NCBI RefSeq assembly: GCF_036524955.1 | Contig: NZ_DATDBG010000178.1 | Coordinates: forward strand, 2,606-66,605 | Reading direction: 5' to 3' | DNA: 64,000 nucleotides | Source of the DNA: Streptomyces sp. | Lineage (GTDB): Bacteria; Actinomycetota; Actinomycetes; Streptomycetales; Streptomycetaceae | Made by a program: the position numbers and the translations under genes | In this document: one piece after another, positions 45,109-54,512 of the stretch | Position numbering within the stretch: position 1 is the stretch's first letter | How the letters are laid out: each line of letters begins with the position of its first letter | The notes under the pieces: generated by a model | What the model was told of the DNA's origin: nothing | The model's input: only the letters and a program-made list of their open reading frames with translations | The model's database searches: none

Positions 45109-48042
45109 TTACGAGGAGTAGACCTCCAGTTCGGAGAGCTGACCGGCCGGCCAGCCGGTGTTGGCGGTGAAGGTCAGCCGCACGTACCGGGTGGAGGCCG
45201 GGGCGACGGTGACGGTGACGGTGTTACCGGAGGACGGGTCGAACGTGTGTCCGGCAGAGGACTTCAGCGTGGTGTAGGCGCTGTTGTCCGTGGAGCCGAG
45301 CAGGGACAGGGTCTGGGTCCTGGTCTCCCAGGCCGGCGGCAGCCTGAGGACGATCCGGCCGACGGTCCTGGCCGCCCCGAGGTCCACGGTGAGTGACTGC
45401 GGGAAGGCGTTGTTGGTGCTTTCCCAGTACGTGCCGGCGTTGCCGTCCACCGCGTTGCCCGCCACGTAGACGTCGGCGTGGCCGGAGTCGGTCACCGGGT
45501 GGCCCTGGGCCAGGTTCGCGTCTGCCGGGGGCGTGGTCGGCGGGGTCGTCGGCGGGGGCGTCGTCGGGGGCGTCGTCGGCGGGGCGGTGGTGTCGGCCGC
45601 GTAGACCTCGAACTCGGAGATCTGGCCGGCCGGCCACCCGGTGTTGCCGGTGATGTTCAGCCGGACATAACGGGTGGTGGCCGCGGTGAAGGTCAGGGTC
45701 GCGGTGTTGCCCGAGGCCGGGTCGAAGGTGACGCCACCGGAGGGCTTCAGTGTCGACCACGCGGAGTTGTCGGTGGAGCCGAGTACGGACAGGGTCTCGG
45801 TACGGGTGGCCCAGTCGGTCGCCGGCGGCAGTTTGAGCGTCACCTTGCCGACGGACCTGTCGGCGCCGAGATCGACGGTGAGGCTCTGCGGGAAGGCGTT
45901 GTTGGTGCTTTCCCAGTACGTGCCGGCGTTGCCGTCCACCGCGTTGCCCGCCACGTAGATGTCGGCGTGGCCGGAGTCGGCGACCGGGCGGCCCTGGGCC
46001 AGGTTGGCGCCTGCCGGGGGCGTGGTCGACGGAGGCGTCGTCGGGGGCGTGGTGGTCGGGGTGGTGGGCGGCGTGGTCGTTCCGCCGCCGCCGGTCGGGA
46101 CACCGCCGTTCGTCCAGACCGGTGTCGGCCAGGTGCCGGAGCAGGTCTGGCCCGTGTTCCAGCCGGAGTTGCCGCCGCCGTCGGTGATCTGGAGGCCGGT
46201 GCCGATGCAGTTGTGGATCGGCGTGGCGGCCTGGGCGATGTTCTTCGCCGTGACGCCGGTGAACTTCATCTGCGCGTTGGACTGCGCCTGGATGGCGTAG
46301 GTGCCGGCGCCGTCGATGTTGACGTTGGTGAGGTTGATGCCGCTGACCGCGCCCTCGATGGTCTGGACGGCCTCGTAGGAGCTGTCCAGGACGTCGGTGT
46401 CGCTGATGTTGATGGTGGCACCGGTCATCGGTTCGTTGTGCCCGCTGAACCAGATGGCGCCGACGCCGAAGTTCCAGTTGTAGTCGCTGTTCCCGGTTCT
46501 GATCAGGGTGTTGCGGGCGGCGGTGAAGGTACCCGCTGCCGCAGTGCCGAAGCCGGAGTTGACGTTGTCGTACCGGTTGGCGATGTGCAGGCCGCCGCCG
46601 TTGCTGACGGTGTCGGACATGACGTTGTCCGACAGGTTGAAGTCCCTGCCGCCGTAACTGACGATGTTGTTCGCGAGGATCGGCAGGACGACGGTGTTGT
46701 GGTCGAAGCTGTCCCTGACGTTGGGCTTGCGGTCCGGCCAGGACGCCAGGCCGTCGTCACCGGTGTTGCGCACGAAGGTGTTGGTGACGGTCGAGTCGGT
46801 GACGCCGGTGTGGAAGTTCACGCCGTCGGCCGTCGTGTCGAGGATGCGGCTGTTCTTGAGGGTGAAGTGGTCCATCGGACCGTCCATCCAGGCGCCGACC
46901 TTGACGTGCTGGAGCCACACGTTGTCCACGGTGGAGTTCGACAGGGCACCGCCGATGCCGTTGACCTGGTCGTCGTCCATCCGCTCCTGGATGGCGCCGA
47001 TGATCGCGAAGTCCTTGAGTGTCACGTTCCGGCTCGGGCCGCCGGCCTCGTGCGGACGGATCCCGCCTGTGTAGCCGCCCCCGTTCACGTACTTGCCGTA
47101 GATGCCGGCCGCGCGGTTGCGGTTCACCGGGTCACGGCCGCCCAGCACGCTGTACCAGGGGCCGGCACCGGCCAGCGTGACGCCGTCCACGACCACGTGG
47201 TCGTAGAGCGTGTATGTGCCCTGCGGGATGTATACGGTCCTGCCCTGCGCCTGGCCCGCGTCCACCGCGGCCTGGAACCTCGCGGTGGAGTCGGCTCCGC
47301 CGGTCGGATCGGCGCCGAAGTCGGCGACCACGTCGATCGCTCCGGCCGGTTTGCCGATCGGCGCGGCCACCTGCTCGAAGTCGGCGAGGTCGATGGTGAA
47401 CGTGGGGGACTGCGCGGTCGAGGTCACCTGGACGCGGATCCTGGTGCCCGCGGGGTAGGTGGTCGCGAACTTGGTCCGCACCTCGTCGTAGAAGTGGTGC
47501 GGGTTGGTGTCGCCGGGGTTGTTGTTGAACGGATAACCGCCGTAGAACCAGCCGAACTTGGAGGTCACCGGCAGCGTCTTCACCGAGGAGCCGTTGACCT
47601 GGAGGTCGAGCGAGGCGTCCCGCCCCCGGCCGTCGGAGGTGTCGGGGACGCTGTAGCGCAGCGACATCGCGTTGGCGGGCGCGGGCAGCGTGAACTCCAC
47701 GTACTGGCCGACCGCGTCGAGGGTGACGGCCTGCCGCCCGGACGCCTCCGAGGGGAGGTGGCCGTAGTAGCGGTCGGGGCCGATCAGGCGGCCGTTGGTG
47801 GTGGCGTACTCCGCCTCCAGTTCCTTGAACGGCACGGTGGCGCCGCGTCCGGAGATCCCGATCGGCGAGGGCGCGGGGACCCCCGCGGCGCTGGCGGTGG
47901 GGGCGCTCGCCAGCGTCACGGCGGCCAGCGCAGCCGTCGCGGCGACGGCGAACGAGAGAATCGCGGCGGTTCCGCGCCGCCTCATCCGGCGGAGAGACCT
48001 GGGAACTTGCTCATGACTGCGCGGTGAGTGCGACACAGGCAC
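45109..48042 (-). CDS. Secreted right-handed beta-helix glycoside hydrolase (best guess GH87 alpha-1,3-glucanase/mycodextranase-like) with two C-terminal discoidin/F5-8 type C (CBM32-like) domains
   Basis: Signal AAILSFAVAATAALAAVTLASAPTASA. Pectate_lyase_3-like FGADPTGGADSTARFQAAVDAG...TVYIPQGTYTL. NTGDDG adjacent Asp pair. Two repeats of NLAQG.PV.DSGHAD.YVAGNAVDGNAGTYWES... after Pro/Thr linkers. The start may instead be Met 20 (47985). Confidence 0.65.
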   Translation of the reverse strand: MPVSHSPRSHEQVPRSLRRMRRRGTAAILSFAVAATAALAAVTLASAPTASAAGVPAPSPIGISGRGATVPFKELEAEYATTNGRLIGPDRYYGHLPSEASGRQAVTLDAVGQYVEFTLPAPANAMSLRYSVPDTSDGRGRDASLDLQVNGSSVKTLPVTSKFGWFYGGYPFNNNPGDTNPHHFYDEVRTKFATTYPAGTRIRVQVTSTAQSPTFTIDLADFEQVAAPIGKPAGAIDVVADFGADPTGGADSTARFQAAVDAGQAQGRTVYIPQGTYTLYDHVVVDGVTLAGAGPWYSVLGGRDPVNRNRAAGIYGKYVNGGGYTGGIRPHEAGGPSRNVTLKDFAIIGAIQERMDDDQVNGIGGALSNSTVDNVWLQHVKVGAWMDGPMDHFTLKNSRILDTTADGVNFHTGVTDSTVTNTFVRNTGDDGLASWPDRKPNVRDSFDHNTVVLPILANNIVSYGGRDFNLSDNVMSDTVSNGGGLHIANRYDNVNSGFGTAAAGTFTAARNTLIRTGNSDYNWNFGVGAIWFSGHNEPMTGATINISDTDVLDSSYEAVQTIEGAVSGINLTNVNIDGAGTYAIQAQSNAQMKFTGVTAKNIAQAATPIHNCIGTGLQITDGGGNSGWNTGQTCSGTWPTPVWTNGGVPTGGGGTTTPPTTPTTTPPTTPPSTTPPAGANLAQGRPVADSGHADIYVAGNAVDGNAGTYWESTNNAFPQSLTVDLGADRSVGKVTLKLPPATDWATRTETLSVLGSTDNSAWSTLKPSGGVTFDPASGNTATLTFTAATTRYVRLNITGNTGWPAGQISEFEVYAADTTAPPTTPPTTPPPTTPPTTPPADANLAQGHPVTDSGHADVYVAGNAVDGNAGTYWESTNNAFPQSLTVDLGAARTVGRIVLRLPPAWETRTQTLSLLGSTDNSAYTTLKSSAGHTFDPSSGNTVTVTVAPASTRYVRLTFTANTGWPAGQLSELEVYSS
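45397..45491. repeat. 95-nt segment, 94/95 identical to 45886-45980 (inside the second discoidin domain)
   Basis: CTGCGGGAAGGCGTTGTTGGTGCTTTCCCAGTACGTGCCGGCGTTGCCGTCCACCGCGTTGCCCGCCACGTAGA[C/T]GTCGGCGTGGCCGGAGTCGG. Repeat period 489 nt. Confidence 0.9.
45886..45980. repeat. Partner of the 95-nt intragenic repeat (inside the first discoidin domain)
   Basis: See 45397-45491. Confidence 0.9.
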
Positions 48043-48331
48043 ACGTCCTTGCGGGTCGGGGGTGTGGGGAGGCGAGCACCCGGCCAGGCGTGGAGAGACT
48101 ACGAGGCGGGCCGCAGTAAGTCCATGAGTGTGCGCAAATCTGTGACGGATTTCCGCAATATCTCGGACACATGGCCGTCATCTTCGCCTCGGAGGCCACA
48201 TCGAGATGCCCCGCGCGAATGGTGGAGGGGAAGCTGGCTCCTCCGGCGGCGGTGGCCGTGACCCGTCAGGGCGGGGGTGCGCGCGCGGAGGCGTCCTCGC
48301 TGGTGGGGCGAAGGAGTGCGGTGCGGGGAGT

Positions 48332-49036
48332 TCAGCGGTGGGGGGTGGTGAGGAGGTAGGGGAAGGACGCGCGGGTGCGGTGGTGGGTGGATTGCCAGCC
48401 GTAAGGGGCGAGGAGGCGGGCGACGCGCGGCAGTGCTCGGGCGGCGGCGGATTCGGGGGACCAGGTGATACGGGCCGTGTCCGGGTAGGGGGACGGCGTC
48501 ACCGTGTAGCCCGGTGAGGCGGGGGAGTCACCGTGGGCCGGTGGGCAGCCGTTCGCCTCCAGGGCCAACGCGATCGCGTGGACACAGCGCTCCCGTTCCC
48601 ACGGCGCGGGTAGGTCCGTCGCGCCGTCCATCAGCAGGGCCCGGATCCGGAGCAGCCCTTCCCACGCCGCCGCGACCTCCGCAGAACGGCCCGGCCCGCC
48701 CCCCGACGGCGCCACCTCCCTCGTACCGTCGTCCGCGACGAACCCTCCGCCCGGCGCCGCCCCCGTACCGCCGTCCACCCCGAACCCCCCTCCCGGATGC
48801 GCCACGCTCTGTGCTTCCGCTGCCAGGGCGGCCCGGACACGCAAGCCCTCAGCGGTGAGGTAGTGGTGGCCGCTGCGACCGTAGGGGGTGGCGAGGCCGG
48901 CGGTGGTGAGGGCGGCGCAGACCTGGGGGCGGGCGGACAGGCGCCCGGTGGCCCGGTCGGATTCGGTCAGCGCTCTGCGCTGTGCCGGTGAGAGCCCCTT
49001 GCCCATGCCGGGGACCCTATCCGTACCGACCGACAT
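48332..49036 (-). CDS. Hypothetical protein
   Basis: Non-shadow-like composition (LSPAQRRALTESDRATGRL..., WERERCVHAIALALEANG...). No family recognised. The start could be Met 11. Confidence 0.45.
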   Translation of the reverse strand: MSVGTDRVPGMGKGLSPAQRRALTESDRATGRLSARPQVCAALTTAGLATPYGRSGHHYLTAEGLRVRAALAAEAQSVAHPGGGFGVDGGTGAAPGGGFVADDGTREVAPSGGGPGRSAEVAAAWEGLLRIRALLMDGATDLPAPWERERCVHAIALALEANGCPPAHGDSPASPGYTVTPSPYPDTARITWSPESAAARALPRVARLLAPYGWQSTHHRTRASFPYLLTTPHR

Positions 49037-49352
49037 GGCCGGAATCGTGCGACGAACTCGGGTGATCCGCCCTTCCGGTGCCGCCTGCCGCCCCGGGTGC
49101 GTGGGTGCTTCGCCTCACCGGAAACCCGATCCCCCGATCGCCGACGCGCACCGGACGGACGGCGCAGACCTCGTACCGGCCCCGCGAGCCACCCCGGCAC
49201 CGCACGCGCCCGACTCATGCCCCGAGCTCACCCGTTCACCCGCCCCGCCGCCCCTCGACGTCACGAGCCGTCGCACGTCAGGACTCTGTGAAAAGCCGGA
49301 GAAATGTCCGTCGGCTGCCGGGGCGAGGGACGGGCCCGCCTAGGATCGGGGG

Positions 49353-52097
49353 ATGGATCTTCGATGGCCGCGCCGGAACCGGAAGCGGTGGCTCACCACC
49401 ACGGGGGCGCTCGCGGTACTGGCGGCAGGAGGGGCCGTGGGCACCGCGACGGCGGCCGGCGGGGACGCGGCGGTGCATCGCAGTGACGCGGTGCTGACCG
49501 GAGCGGGCGGCGTACGACTGGACACCTCGTACTTCACCACCGGCAGTGACCGGGACGGCCGGCGCCCCGCCGTCCTGCTCGGCCACGGCTTCGGCGGCAG
49601 CAAGGACGACGTCCGCCCGCAGGCCGAATCGCTGGCCCGGCACGGTTATGCCGTACTGACCTGGTCGGCCCGCGGCTTCGGCCGCTCCGGCGGCCGGATC
49701 GGGCTCAACGCGAAGGACGGCGAGGTCGCCGACGTCAGCAGGCTGATCGACTGGCTCGCCGCGCGGCCCGGCGTACGCCTCGACGGGCCCGGCGACCCGC
49801 GCGTCGGCATCTCGGGTGTGTCGTACGGCGGCGCCGTCTCGTTGCTGGCGGCCGGTCACGACCACCGCGTCGACGCCGTCGCGCCCCGGATGACGTACTG
49901 GAACCTCAGCGACGCCCTCTTCCCGGGCGACGTGTACAAGAAGCTCTGGGCCGGCGTCTTCTTCTCCAGCGGTGCCGCGCCGCTCCCCGGCGCCCCGCGC
50001 GCGGCCGGGCCCGCGAACGCACCCACCGGCGCCACCGGGCCCAGCGGCCCGGCCGACCCCGCGTGCGGTCGCTTCGAGCCGGCCGTCTGCGCGCTGTACC
50101 AGCGCGTCGCCGAGGACGGGAAGCCGGACGCAGCCGCCCGCGACCGGCTGGACGCGCTCAGCCCGTCCGCCGTCGCGGCCCGTATCAAGGTGCCCGCCCT
50201 CATCGTGCAGGGACAGACCGACTCCCTGTTCACCCTCGCCCAGTCCGACGCGATGGCCACGGCGCTCCGGGCCAACGGCGCCCCCGTGGCCGTCGACTGG
50301 ATCGCCGGCGGGCACGACGGCGGCGACACCGAGGACGGCCGGATCGACCGCCGGGTGACCGCCTGGTTCGACCACCATCTCAAGGGCCGCACCGGCACGA
50401 GCACCGGCCCCGCCTTCCGGATCACCCGGACCGGTGGCCTGAACTCGACGGACGGCAGCGTCGTCCTGCGCGGCGCGAGCGGCGACCGCTACCCGGGCCT
50501 CGACGGGACGCAGCACGGCACGGAGAACGGCGCGACGAACGACCGCATCCCCCTCGCCGGCCCCGAGCAGCACATCACCAACCCGCCCGGCGGCGCCCCG
50601 CCCGCCATCTCCGCCGTGCCCGGCGCCGGCGGCCTCAGCCGGCTCTCCTCGCTCGGCGCGAGCCTGGCCGTCGACTTCCCCGGCCAGTTCGCCCGCTTCG
50701 AGTCCGCGGAACTGGCACACAGCGTCACCCTCACCGGCGCCCCCTCCGTCAGCGTGAAGGTCGCCACCGACGCGCCCGACGCCGTGCTCTTCGCCAAGCT
50801 CTACGACGTCGCGCCCGGCGGCAAGGAGGTCCTGCCCGCCGCGCTCGCCACGCCGGTACGGATCGCCGGATCGAAGCAGGGCACCACCGTGCGGCTCCGG
50901 TTGCCCGCCGTGGACCACGGCTTCGGAGCCGGACACCGTCTGCGCCTGGTGCTGTCCACCACCGACCTCGGATACGCCTCACCGGCCGCGCCCGCCGCCC
51001 TCACCGTCTCGCTCGCCGACCCGCGCCTGACGCTGCCCACGGGCCTTGCCCTGAGCACCGACGCGCCGCCGCTGACCTGGTGGACCTGGGCGCTGCCGCC
51101 GCTCGCCCTGCTGGTCGCCGTGGCGCTGCTGCTCACCGGCCGGCGCCGGGTACGGCCGCGGCCGGCGGACCCGACGCTGGCCGCCGTTCCGCTGCGGATC
51201 ACCGGCCTGAGCAAGCGGTACGCGAAGTCCGCCGACCGCTACGCCGTCCGCGACCTGTCCTTCCAGGTCGAACCGGGCCAGGTGCTCGGCCTGCTCGGAC
51301 CCAACGGCGCGGGCAAGACCACCACCCTGCGCATGCTGATGGGCCTGATCCGCCCCGACGCGGGGGAGATCCGGGTCTTCGGCGAGGCGGTACGGCCCGG
51401 CGCCCCCGTACTGTCCCGGGTCGGCGCGTTCGTGGAGGGCGCCGGCTTCCTGCCGCACCTGAGCGGACGGGCCAACCTCGACCTGTACTGGCAGGCCACC
51501 GGCCGCCCCGAGCAGGACGCGCACCTGGCCGAGGCGCTGGAGATCGCCGGTCTCGGCGACGCGCTGGAACGCGCCGTGCGCACGTACTCCCAGGGCATGC
51601 GGCAGCGCCTGGCGATCGCGCAGGCCATGCTCGGCCTGCCCGACCTGCTGATCCTGGACGAGCCGACCAACGGCCTCGACCCGCCGCAGATCCGCGAGAT
51701 GCGCGAGGTGCTGATCCGGTACGCCGCCACCGGCCGGACCGTGATCGTCTCCAGCCACCTGCTGGCCGAGGTCGAGCAGACCTGCACGCATCTGGTGGTG
51801 ATGGACCGCGGACGGCTGGTCACCGCGGGCCCGGTGGCCGAGATCATCGGCTCCGCCGACACCGTGCTGGTCGGCGTGGACGGGGAGGTGCCGCAGACCG
51901 TGGTGGACAAGGTCGCCGCGCTGCCGGGCGTGGCGACGGCGGTACGCGAGGAGGACGGGCTGCTCGCCGTGCTCGACGGGATGACCGCACCGCAGCTCGT
52001 GGCCGAACTCGTCCGCCTGGACGTGGCCGTGGCCCAGGTCGGGCCGCACCGCCGCCTGGAGGACGCCTTCCTGACCCTGATCGGAGGCTCGGCATGA
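49353..52097 (+). CDS. Fusion protein: signal peptide + CocE/NonD (S15-like) alpha/beta serine hydrolase + single TM + ABC transporter ATP-binding domain
   Basis: Signal WLTTTGALAVLAAGGAVGTATAAGG. Hydrolase segments PAVLLGHGFGGSKDD and the nucleophile elbow GISGVSYGG. TM WWTWALPPLALLVAVALLLTG followed by RRRVRPRP. NBD with GPNGAGKTT, LSGRAN-like Q region, YSQGMRQRL signature and LLILDEPTNGLD. Confidence 0.8.
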   Translation: MDLRWPRRNRKRWLTTTGALAVLAAGGAVGTATAAGGDAAVHRSDAVLTGAGGVRLDTSYFTTGSDRDGRRPAVLLGHGFGGSKDDVRPQAESLARHGYAVLTWSARGFGRSGGRIGLNAKDGEVADVSRLIDWLAARPGVRLDGPGDPRVGISGVSYGGAVSLLAAGHDHRVDAVAPRMTYWNLSDALFPGDVYKKLWAGVFFSSGAAPLPGAPRAAGPANAPTGATGPSGPADPACGRFEPAVCALYQRVAEDGKPDAAARDRLDALSPSAVAARIKVPALIVQGQTDSLFTLAQSDAMATALRANGAPVAVDWIAGGHDGGDTEDGRIDRRVTAWFDHHLKGRTGTSTGPAFRITRTGGLNSTDGSVVLRGASGDRYPGLDGTQHGTENGATNDRIPLAGPEQHITNPPGGAPPAISAVPGAGGLSRLSSLGASLAVDFPGQFARFESAELAHSVTLTGAPSVSVKVATDAPDAVLFAKLYDVAPGGKEVLPAALATPVRIAGSKQGTTVRLRLPAVDHGFGAGHRLRLVLSTTDLGYASPAAPAALTVSLADPRLTLPTGLALSTDAPPLTWWTWALPPLALLVAVALLLTGRRRVRPRPADPTLAAVPLRITGLSKRYAKSADRYAVRDLSFQVEPGQVLGLLGPNGAGKTTTLRMLMGLIRPDAGEIRVFGEAVRPGAPVLSRVGAFVEGAGFLPHLSGRANLDLYWQATGRPEQDAHLAEALEIAGLGDALERAVRTYSQGMRQRLAIAQAMLGLPDLLILDEPTNGLDPPQIREMREVLIRYAATGRTVIVSSHLLAEVEQTCTHLVVMDRGRLVTAGPVAEIIGSADTVLVGVDGEVPQTVVDKVAALPGVATAVREEDGLLAVLDGMTAPQLVAELVRLDVAVAQVGPHRRLEDAFLTLIGGSA

Positions 52098-52999
52098 GCA
52101 CCGGCCCCGCCGCACCCGGCACCCCCGCCGCACCCGGCGCGTCCGCACCCCCGCGTGCCACCGCGCCCGGCTACCGCCCCGGCCGTACGCTGCGGCTGCG
52201 CGTCGAGGCCCGCCGCCAGTTGCGCCGGCGCCGCACGATGGTGGTGGCCGCGCTGCTCGCCGTACTCCCCTTCATCCTGATCGCCGCGTTCGCGATCGGC
52301 GGCACCCCGGACGGCGGGGGCCGCAACGGCCCGACCCTCATCGACACCGCCACCGCCTCCGGCGCCAACTTCTGCGCGACCTGCCTGTTCGTCTCGGCCG
52401 GCTTCGTCCTGGTGGTGCCGGTCGCGCTGTTCTGCGGCGACACCGTCGCCTCGGAGGCGGGCTGGTCGAGCCTGCGCTATCTGCTGGCGGCGCCGGTGCC
52501 CAGGGCCCGGCTGCTCGCGGTGAAGCTCACCGTGGCGCTCGGCTTCAGCGCGGTCGCCATCGTGCTGCTGCCGGCCGTCGCGCTGGCCGCGGGCACGGTC
52601 GCGTACGGCTGGGGCGACCTCGAACTGCCCACCGGCAGCACGCTGGCGTCCGGCAGCGCGCTGCCGCGGCTGGCCGTCGTCGTGGTCTACATCTTCGTCA
52701 ACTCGCTGGTCACCGCGGCGCTCGCGTTCTGGCTCTCCACCGTCACCGACGCGCCGCTGGGCGCGGTCGGCGGCGCGGTGGGCCTGACCATCGTCGGCAA
52801 CGTGCTGGACGCGGTGACCGCGCTCGGTTCCTGGCGGGACGTGCTGCCCGCGCACTGGCAGTTCTCCTGGGCCGACGCGCTCCAGCCGACCATGGAGTGG
52901 ACCGGGATGCTCCAGGGCACCTCGGTCTCGCTGTCGTACGCGCTGGTGCTGACCGCGCTCGCGTTCCGCGGGTTCCGGACGAAGGACATCGTGTCCTGA
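52094..52999 (+). CDS. ABC-2-type transporter permease
   Basis: ATGA overlap with the upstream NBD gene. 6 hydrophobic segments. Start at ATG 52094 inside ORF 50063..52999. Confidence 0.75.
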   Translation: MSTGPAAPGTPAAPGASAPPRATAPGYRPGRTLRLRVEARRQLRRRRTMVVAALLAVLPFILIAAFAIGGTPDGGGRNGPTLIDTATASGANFCATCLFVSAGFVLVVPVALFCGDTVASEAGWSSLRYLLAAPVPRARLLAVKLTVALGFSAVAIVLLPAVALAAGTVAYGWGDLELPTGSTLASGSALPRLAVVVVYIFVNSLVTAALAFWLSTVTDAPLGAVGGAVGLTIVGNVLDAVTALGSWRDVLPAHWQFSWADALQPTMEWTGMLQGTSVSLSYALVLTALAFRGFRTKDIVS

Positions 53000-53263
53000 G
53001 CCCGTGCCCGCCGGCACCGCTGCCGAACGGTCCGCAGCCCCGCGCTTGACCGTCCGGCCCGGGGCCCCGCGCCGCCGGACCCCCTCGCCGGGGAACCCGG
53101 GTCCCCGCCGCCGCGGGCGGGCGCGGCGGGCCTGGTCGGAGCACCACCGGCACGGACGGTACAGTCACGGGGTACCCGCACGGCCGCCGGTACGGGCAGG
53201 GCGCCGGCGCCCGTCGACCCGCCGCACGACGCCTCGCCCCGATCCTCTAAAATCGCACCGGAC

Positions 53264-53281
53264 GTCTACACGAATGTAGTC
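53264..53281. promoter_or_regulatory. Near-palindrome GTCTACA-CGAA-TGTAGTC upstream of uppP
   Basis: 93-110 nt upstream of the uppP start. GACGTCTACA-N4-TGTAG is shared with 43963-43981. Confidence 0.4.
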
Positions 53282-53373
53282 GCAGCGGGCCGGGCCTGCC
53301 ATCGGGCCTGCCCGGTCGGTACAGCGCCGTCTGGCCGTGCACACCATCCGGAAGATCAGGGGACGGGACCACT

Positions 53374-54210
53374 TTGAGCGTCATCGGCGTCGGCCAGGCC
53401 GTCATTCTCGGCGTCGTGGAAGGAGTCACCGAATTCCTGCCGGTCTCCTCCACGGGTCATCTGAAACTGGTCGAGGGGCTCATGGACATCCCCGTCGACG
53501 ACGACGCCGTGGTGGGCTTCACCGCGGTCATCCAGGTCGGCGCCATCGCCGCGGTGTTCGTGTACTTCTTCAAGGACATCGCGCGGTTCGTCGGCGCCTG
53601 GCTGCGCGGACTGGCCAACCCGCGGGAGCGCCGCAACCGCGACTACAAGTTCACCTGGTGGGTGATCTACGCGACCATCCCCATCGTGCTGGTCGGCCTG
53701 GCCGCCAAGCCGCTCATCGACGGGCCGCTCGGTTCGCTGTGGGTCGTCGCCCTCTCGCTGATCGGCGGCAGCGGCGTGATGTGGGCCGCCGAGCAGATGG
53801 CGCGCTTCAAGCGCGGTGAGGACGAGGTCACCCTGAGTGACGCCATGGTGGTCGGCGCCTCGCAGATCCTCGCCCTGCTCTTCCCCGGCTTCTCCCGCTC
53901 CGGGGCCACGATCTCCACCGGGCTCATCCGCGATCTGGACCGGGTGGCCGCCACCCGCCTGTCCTTCTTCCTCGGCCTGCCCGCGCTCACCGGCGCCGGA
54001 CTGTACGAACTCAAGGACGCCACCAGCGGCGGCGTCGGCGTGCCCGCGCTCGCGGTCGGCACACTGGTGTCGTTCCTCGTCGCGTACGCCTCCATCGCCT
54101 GGCTGCTGAAGTTCGTCGCCAAGCACTCCTTCAACTCCTTCGTCATCTACCGGATCGTGGTCGGCGTCGTACTGATGGGACTGCTCGCGACCAACACCCT
54201 GGACGCCTGA
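53374..54210 (+). CDS. uppP: Undecaprenyl-diphosphate phosphatase (BacA/UppP)
   Basis: VEGVTEFLPVSSTGHL, and SRSGATISTG in PGFSRSGATISTGL. TTG start. Confidence 0.9.
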   Translation: MSVIGVGQAVILGVVEGVTEFLPVSSTGHLKLVEGLMDIPVDDDAVVGFTAVIQVGAIAAVFVYFFKDIARFVGAWLRGLANPRERRNRDYKFTWWVIYATIPIVLVGLAAKPLIDGPLGSLWVVALSLIGGSGVMWAAEQMARFKRGEDEVTLSDAMVVGASQILALLFPGFSRSGATISTGLIRDLDRVAATRLSFFLGLPALTGAGLYELKDATSGGVGVPALAVGTLVSFLVAYASIAWLLKFVAKHSFNSFVIYRIVVGVVLMGLLATNTLDA

Positions 54211-54512
54211 GACCGAGGGCCGCGGGGGGTCGGCCGGGGCAGGGGGCGCGTCCCACCGGGTGGGCCCTCACCCAAGTGGGTGTGCCGCTGGTCCCAGTTG
54301 ATCGGAAGCGCGGGCCGCCCCGAAGGCGAGTCGCTATCGTCGCCTCCACGGGGACCGTACGGCGAACACCTGTTCCGCCGCCGGTTCGCGGCGCGTGTGC
54401 ACGGGCCGGTGCCCACCGGGCATCGGCCGCCCCACAACGGTGTGGCACGTGGCTTCATTTCTGCGCGTGGTGGTGCGCCGCGCGGATCCGCCCCCCGACG
54501 AGCGGAGTAGAC

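Noticed and set aside
48129-48153. 12-mer ACGGATTTCCGC shared between the smeA upstream region (about 34557) and the glycoside-hydrolase upstream region.
   Set aside because: Exact 12-mer matches are expected by chance many times in 64 kb. Separately, the local dyad GCGCAAATC-N7-GATTTCCGC upstream of the hydrolase gene could be an operator, but there is no supporting second copy.
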